Below are positions 26,519-32,000 of a stretch of 32,000 bases of DNA, piece after piece. Positions within the stretch are counted from its first letter, which is position 1; each line of letters begins with the position of its first letter. Origin of the DNA: Candidatus Jordarchaeales archaeon (GTDB taxonomy: Archaea; Asgardarchaeota; Jordiarchaeia; Jordiarchaeales; Freyrarchaeaceae); NCBI GenBank assembly GCA_038889235.1, contig JAWAHN010000003.1, positions 83,703 through 115,702 of the forward strand. Reading direction: 5' to 3'. The position numbers were made by a program, and so were the translations under genes. The notes beneath the pieces are model-generated. The model had not been told where the DNA came from and did no database searches. It worked only from the letters and a program-made list of their open reading frames with translations.

Positions 26519-27424
26519 ATGAAGATACCTAGATTCTTGTTCCAAGCAAAGGAGAACCTCGTAGAGAAGGCTTGGGGGGGACAATGGATACCGGAACTCA
26601 AAGGACTAGCCATACCGGGCAATATAGGCGAATCCTGGGAGTTTTCAGCCCACCCGTCCAATCCATCAGAAGTTATAGTTAACGCTGTTAAGCTGAAACT
26701 CCCCGACCTCATAGCCGTGGCGAGAGAGGAAATCCTCGGAAAGCTTTCCGGGAAGTACTCGTCTTTCCCAATTTTGGTGAAGTTGCTTGACGTGAGGGGG
26801 AGACTGAGCGTCCAAGTGCACCCTTCGAGCGAAGTGGCAAAGGAGCTCGGTGAAACCGAGCCGGGAAAGAGCGAGGGCTGGATCTCGCTTGGAGAAGGGA
26901 GGGTTTACATAGGCTTCAAAGAAGACGTCAGCCCCGACGAGGTTAGAAAGAGTCCTGAAAGCGTCCCACTAAGACTTAACAGGTTCAATGCAGGCTTCCT
27001 AGACACGTTCATGATACCGGCGGGAACAGTGCACTTCGCGGAGGGCGCGCGCTTCCTAGAAGTCTCGACGAACTCAAACATCACCTACAGAGTTTTCGAT
27101 TTCGAGGGGAGGGAGGTCCACCTAGAGAAAGCGGTGAAAGCGATGAGGCTCACCAAGAGCGCGGAGAGAGAGGTTAAGGGAGAGAAGGGTAGATTCGAGA
27201 TGCCTGAATTCGGAGTAGAAACAATAAAAGTAGAGGGGGAAGCCGAACTGAGCACAGGGGAAGTGTTCAACATACTGTTCGGTGTCAACGGAGAAGTAAC
27301 GCTGAAAAGCGGAAGGGAGAAAGCCAAGCTAAGAAAGGGGTACTCTTGCCTAGTTCCAGCAGCAACAGGCAGCTACACCATTGAGGGAGAACAAGCAACC
27401 ATAATCAAAGTATACGCCAAATAA
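26519..27424 (+). CDS. manA: Mannose-6-phosphate isomerase, class I (cupin)
   Basis: EKAWGG, GESWEFSAHP, PILVKLLD...LSVQVHP, GKSEGW, IPAGTVH and LEVSTNSNITYRVFDF. Confidence 0.9.
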   Translation: MKIPRFLFQAKENLVEKAWGGQWIPELKGLAIPGNIGESWEFSAHPSNPSEVIVNAVKLKLPDLIAVAREEILGKLSGKYSSFPILVKLLDVRGRLSVQVHPSSEVAKELGETEPGKSEGWISLGEGRVYIGFKEDVSPDEVRKSPESVPLRLNRFNAGFLDTFMIPAGTVHFAEGARFLEVSTNSNITYRVFDFEGREVHLEKAVKAMRLTKSAEREVKGEKGRFEMPEFGVETIKVEGEAELSTGEVFNILFGVNGEVTLKSGREKAKLRKGYSCLVPAATGSYTIEGEQATIIKVYAK

Positions 27425-27699
27425 CACAATTCCTCTTTTGAAAACAGCCGAAAAACGAGCAACGCGCGCGAACCACATATCAATCAAACAAAAGGTTAAC
27501 AGTTAACCCAAAAGAGGCCCCGACAAACGGAGAAAGCACCATGTACAAGAAGGTCAGCACACCAATACAACATCACAAGGTAGCCTGTCAATTTTCCGGG
27601 TAAAATCAGGTAAGAAAAAGTAAAAAAGAAGCAATATAAGTAAGTAAAAAGCGAAGGTTTATGTGTTTCATTTTATTAAGGTTATGATGGCGTGAGGAG

Positions 27700-28689
27700 G
27701 TGTGCTTGGGAGTGTTAGGCGTAAAAGATGTTAAAGAGAGGTTGGTAAGGTGGAAGGGGAATCCTATTATCTCCCCGACTGGGAACAGCTGGGAGAACAT
27801 GCAGACCTTTAATCCCGGCGTGGTTTTGCTCGATGGCAGAGTCCACATTTTATACCGTGCTATAGGTGGAGATTGGGTGTCCCGTCTTGGTTACGCCTCT
27901 TCAAGTGACGGATTCAATGTTGATGAAAGGTTGACCTACCCTGTCTACGAGCACAAGTGGCCGTCTCCGTTTCTATCCTCGTCGTTCAACGCTCCCGAAG
28001 AGTACGTTTCTGGAGGGAGCGCTTTCGGGGTAGAGGATCCACGGCTAGTTAAGATGAAAGGTGAGGGCAAGGTTTACATGACTTACACTTTTTACGATGG
28101 GAGAAACATAGGGATAATGCTGACATCTATAAGGGTTGACGATTTCTTGGAGAAAAAGTGGAACTGGAAGCCACCCATCCTCATATCTCCACCAGACCAG
28201 CCGCATAAAAACTGGGTTCTCTTCCCCGAAAAGATAAATGACAGGTATGTTATACTGCACACATTGAGCCCCGACATAGGTATAGCCTACCTAGACAATC
28301 TTGATACGCCGGGCCCCATAGAAAGCTACTACAGGCCTGTTCCCAGGGATACTTGGGACAGGGTTGTGAGGGGGGCAGCTGCGCCTCCCATAAAAACCGA
28401 CCACGGCTGGCTACTCCTATACCACGCCACTACCGACGACGGCTATTACAGGGTTGGAGCAATGATACTGGACATCGACGACCCGACAAAGGTGCTTTAC
28501 AGGGCGAGAGCCCCGCTTCTCGGTCCAAAGGAGAGCTACGAGTTTAGCGGCTTCAAGCCGGGAGTCACATATGTTACGGGCGCTGTGGTCAAAGACTCTC
28601 TGCTCCTAGTGTACTACGGAGCAGCGGACACACATGTCTGCGTCGCATACACAGGTATAGACGAACTCATAGACTACTTAATCCACTAG
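27700..28689 (+). CDS. Glycoside hydrolase family 130 (beta-mannoside phosphorylase/DUF377) protein
   Basis: NPIISP, TFNPGVV, LYRAIG, GVEDPRLV, HKNWVLFPEKIN, GWLLLYHA, YRVGAMILD and VYYGAADTHV. Confidence 0.92.
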   Translation: MCLGVLGVKDVKERLVRWKGNPIISPTGNSWENMQTFNPGVVLLDGRVHILYRAIGGDWVSRLGYASSSDGFNVDERLTYPVYEHKWPSPFLSSSFNAPEEYVSGGSAFGVEDPRLVKMKGEGKVYMTYTFYDGRNIGIMLTSIRVDDFLEKKWNWKPPILISPPDQPHKNWVLFPEKINDRYVILHTLSPDIGIAYLDNLDTPGPIESYYRPVPRDTWDRVVRGAAAPPIKTDHGWLLLYHATTDDGYYRVGAMILDIDDPTKVLYRARAPLLGPKESYEFSGFKPGVTYVTGAVVKDSLLLVYYGAADTHVCVAYTGIDELIDYLIH

Positions 28690-28761
28690 AAGGCTGATTT
28701 TCCTCAAAAACAAGCGGTATTTTTATTTTCTACGCTTCTTCAAACTTATTTTAGGTGATAT

Positions 28762-31700
28762 ATGTTGTTTGCCAGGCGAATGCTAGTGCAGCGCTCCGAC
28801 AGGAACCCTATTTTGAAGCCTAATCCGAGCATTCCTTGGGAGGCTGAAGCCGTTTTTAATGGTTGCCCCGCGAAGAAAGATGGAAAAATTTACTTGCTCT
28901 ACCGCGCCCTCTCCTCGCCTGAAACCATTAACGGTGTGACGCTTAGAGTTTCTAGGATAGGTTTAGCTGAGAGCGAGGACGGGGTCGAGTTTTACGACAG
29001 GAGGATGTTCATATACCCGGAGCAACACTGGGAGCGCTTCGGCTGCGAGGATCCGAGGATAACCGAGCTCGACGGCAAATACTACATCTTTTACACAGCC
29101 CTATCTCACTGGCCCCCTGTACCTGAAGGCATTAGAGTCGGTGTAGCCATAAGCAGGGACCTTAGGAGAGTCGAGGAAAAGCACTTGGTCACCCCCTTCA
29201 ACGCTAAGGCTATGGCCCTCTTCCCTGAGAGGATTAACGGGAAGCTGTGGGCCGTTCTAACAGTACACACGGATAGGCCTCCGGCGAGAATCTGCCTCGC
29301 CTCGTTCGACAGCGAGGAGGACATATGGTCCGAGGACTACTGGAGGGAGTGGTACCCCGAGTTCGAGAAGCACAGTCTCCCCCTCCAGAGGAGGCCGCAG
29401 GACCACATTGAGGTTGGCGCTCCGCCACTGGAGACCCCCTACGGCTGGCTCCTCATATACTCCTACATAAGGGACTACTTCTCGCCCCAGAAGAGGCTTT
29501 TCGGAGTTGAAGCAGTGCTGTTGGACTTGCACAACCCGATGAAGATCCTAGCTCGAACCGATGCGCCTATACTGACGCCGGGCGAGTACTATGAAAGGAT
29601 AGGAATGGTGCCGAACGTCGTCTTCCCCTCTGGGGCGCTGCTGGAGGACGACACAATATACCTCTACTACGGGGCCGCAGACACAACGTGCTGCCTGGCG
29701 TACATAAACCTCCCACTCCTGATATGGATTATGAGGGAGAAGCCTGTTAAACCCGTGCGTTCACCCTCAAACCCGATAATAACGCCTGTACGGGCCCACT
29801 ACTGGGAGTCCAAGGCCACCTTTAACCCGGCGGCAATATACCTGAACGGAAAGGTTCACATAATATACAGGGCGATGTCCGAGGATAACACCTCGGTTCT
29901 TGGATACGCTGTGAGCGAGGACGGCGTCAAGATAAGCTACCGCTCCCCTGAACCCATATACGTTCCAAGGGCGCCTTTCGAGAAGAAGGCTGCTCCTGGT
30001 TTGGGAAGCGGGTGCGAGGATCCAAGGGTGGTGCTGATCGGCGACAGAATATACATGACGTACACGGCCTATGACGGGTTGAACGCGCGTGTAGCTTTAA
30101 CGTCGATAAGCGTGGATGATTTCTTGGCTGGAAGATGGGACAAGTGGGCTTACCCTGTCATAATATCGCCCTACGACGTGTTCGACAAGAACTCGTGCAT
30201 ATTCCCCGAGAAATACAAGGGTAACTACATAATAATACACCGCATAGGTGAGTGCATAGACTACGAGCTGCGCGAAGACCTAGACTTCACAGGAAAACCT
30301 CTCAAGCACTACCCGTGGATCCTCCCAAGAAAAGGGATGTGGGACAGCAAAAAAGTCGGGATAGGCCCACCGCCTATAAGGATCAAGGAAGGATGGCTCC
30401 TGTTCTACCATGGTGTCTCCGAGGAGGGAGTTTACCGCGTGGGAGTGCTTCTCTTGGACCCCGAGAACCCCCTCAAGGTCCTAGCTAGGTCAGAAGAGCC
30501 TTTAATGGAGCCTGAAGAATGGTATGAGAGGTGGGGTCAGGTTCCAAACGTGGTCTTCCCGTGCGGTGCAGTGTTGATCGACGACACGATATACATTTAC
30601 TATGGGGGTGCGGACACCGTTGTCGGTGTGGCGACTATAAGCGTGAGAGACGTGCTGCGCCACCTTGGAATAGAGCCTGCCCCTGAGTGGACGACGCTGG
30701 AAGGCTTTATCCCTGGCGCCCCGCTAACCCTGCCAGCGGTCATAACGACCATCGACGGCAGAACGTTCAGGACGGAGGAAGTATACAGGGCGGTTTACGA
30801 GAGGAGGAGGAAGGAGTTCGAAAAATTCCTGTTCGAGAGGCTCAAGGTTCCAAGGGACGCGCCCCCATCAACGATAATTAGCGCTGTGAGATCGGTCATG
30901 GAGAAGCTTGAAGCAGAGCTTGGAAAAGTGTTCAAAGGCGACCTTTACACTCGCGAGGGAGTTGAAGAGTTCGTGAAAGTAGTCCTCTCACACTTCCCCC
31001 ACGGTAAAACCTTTGCTTTGAAGACGGAGACCGTTCAGCGGATACTCCAAGAAAACCCGCCCATAAACCTCCCGAGCAAGTTTGCGTGCACATCAATAGA
31101 GGAAGTGCCGTGCGAGCCACGCGACGCCCTAGCTCTCGCAAGCTTCTCTGAGGGAAGAGAGTACGACAACAGGATTTGGAGATGGCTGGAGAGCAACGTG
31201 AAGCCGGAGCACTTTGAAGAAACGGAGATAAAGTGCATCGTGGTGGAGCACGAGTTCCTGCCGACAGTTCTCGAGCTAAGAGAGGGGACGGCGATCTCCA
31301 GGCTTACCGGTAGAATTGTAGTTAGCACCCTTAGGCCAGGTGTTGGAGGAGAGTTTCCGAGGCTGCGTGCCTTCATAAGGATTGTGAAGCACATAGTGGA
31401 ACTTGAGCGGTTCGGCGAAATGTGGAAGAGCTTCGCTGAAAAGAGAAAGTTTGGGGTGAGCGTAGCCAACTCCCTGAGAGAGCACTGGGGGATAGAGCCT
31501 TTATCGGCACACTCAGTGTTCGAAAACAAAAACCACCGAGTAATGGTTGAACGCTTGAAGTCTATGGCTGGAAAGCTCCGGGAGAGCGGGTACACCAGCC
31601 TGGCTGAAGCTCTGGAAGACATGCTTGCATGCTACGCCTTAGCGTCAACGCTTCCGGACGGAACCTTCCTACCGTGCTCAGCGTGGACGTGGACCCTCCA

Positions 31701-31893
31701 CAGCTACAGGGGAGGAAAAGGAGTGCCACCCGCGTTCATAGCCTACGTTGAAAGAGACTGGGCGACGCGCGACCTCCTAAACGAGCTCTTCAGGCGCGCG
31801 GGAATAAGCGAGGAAGAGATCGACAGAATGGTAATCGAACTCATAAGGCGAGGAAAAGAGCCGGAGAACATAATCAAGCAGCTCTTTGAATAA
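28762..31893 (+). CDS. Multidomain protein: two GH130 domains plus ~390-aa uncharacterised C-terminal domain
   Basis: Domain 1 (aa ~8-325): FNGCP, GCEDPRIT, KAMALFPERING, VPNVVFP, YYGAADT. Domain 2 (aa ~330-635): TFNPAA, GCEDPRVV, DKNSCIFPE, VPNVVFPCG, YYGGADT. The tail (aa ~650-1043) is not assignable. Confidence 0.88.
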   Translation: MLFARRMLVQRSDRNPILKPNPSIPWEAEAVFNGCPAKKDGKIYLLYRALSSPETINGVTLRVSRIGLAESEDGVEFYDRRMFIYPEQHWERFGCEDPRITELDGKYYIFYTALSHWPPVPEGIRVGVAISRDLRRVEEKHLVTPFNAKAMALFPERINGKLWAVLTVHTDRPPARICLASFDSEEDIWSEDYWREWYPEFEKHSLPLQRRPQDHIEVGAPPLETPYGWLLIYSYIRDYFSPQKRLFGVEAVLLDLHNPMKILARTDAPILTPGEYYERIGMVPNVVFPSGALLEDDTIYLYYGAADTTCCLAYINLPLLIWIMREKPVKPVRSPSNPIITPVRAHYWESKATFNPAAIYLNGKVHIIYRAMSEDNTSVLGYAVSEDGVKISYRSPEPIYVPRAPFEKKAAPGLGSGCEDPRVVLIGDRIYMTYTAYDGLNARVALTSISVDDFLAGRWDKWAYPVIISPYDVFDKNSCIFPEKYKGNYIIIHRIGECIDYELREDLDFTGKPLKHYPWILPRKGMWDSKKVGIGPPPIRIKEGWLLFYHGVSEEGVYRVGVLLLDPENPLKVLARSEEPLMEPEEWYERWGQVPNVVFPCGAVLIDDTIYIYYGGADTVVGVATISVRDVLRHLGIEPAPEWTTLEGFIPGAPLTLPAVITTIDGRTFRTEEVYRAVYERRRKEFEKFLFERLKVPRDAPPSTIISAVRSVMEKLEAELGKVFKGDLYTREGVEEFVKVVLSHFPHGKTFALKTETVQRILQENPPINLPSKFACTSIEEVPCEPRDALALASFSEGREYDNRIWRWLESNVKPEHFEETEIKCIVVEHEFLPTVLELREGTAISRLTGRIVVSTLRPGVGGEFPRLRAFIRIVKHIVELERFGEMWKSFAEKRKFGVSVANSLREHWGIEPLSAHSVFENKNHRVMVERLKSMAGKLRESGYTSLAEALEDMLACYALASTLPDGTFLPCSAWTWTLHSYRGGKGVPPAFIAYVERDWATRDLLNELFRRAGISEEEIDRMVIELIRRGKEPENIIKQLFE

Positions 31894-32000
31894 CCGCATG
31901 AGACACGTGAAAAAGCAGCCAGCCGGCGGACAAGCCTCTTTTCCCAAACCACCAAAAATTTTTATTAAAAACTTTCAAGGATAGGTTTTTCGAAGTCCCG

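Overview
Archaeal genomic DNA, about 50% GC, with TATA/BRE promoters, GGAGG/GGTG ribosome-binding sites and many GTG/TTG starts. The gene content (V4R tandems, SCP2 paralogs, NrpR, acyl-CoA enzymes) suggests an anaerobic thermophile such as Jordarchaeia/Asgard or Bathyarchaeia; this is inference only. From left to right: (1) a truncated ADP-forming acyl-CoA synthetase and two tandem double-V4R proteins; (2) a class I chelatase locus (ChlI/D-type AAA+-vWA and CobN/BchH) split by two Fe-S proteins, where both chelatase promoters carry the same 12-bp motif at identical spacing from the TATA box; (3) a ~6 kb defence-like accessory island with VapBC, MNT-HEPN, a decayed AAA+ ATPase pseudogene missed by the ORF track, an orphan APE2256/CARF7-type protein with a DUF2103-like C-terminal domain, a coiled-coil PD-(D/E)XK protein with 63-bp tandem repeats, and an HD hydrolase; (4) a glutamate-synthase-family flavoprotein with an NrpR-like operator, a ZIP transporter and an NrpR homolog; (5) a TIM-barrel isomerase, amidase, crotonase, acetoacetate-decarboxylase-like protein and two SCP2 paralogs; (6) a mannose module with PMI, a GH130 and a GH130-GH130-unknown-domain fusion. 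No CRISPR array, cas core gene, tRNA, rRNA, integrase or transposase was seen. All family calls come from motif recognition by eye, with no database searches.
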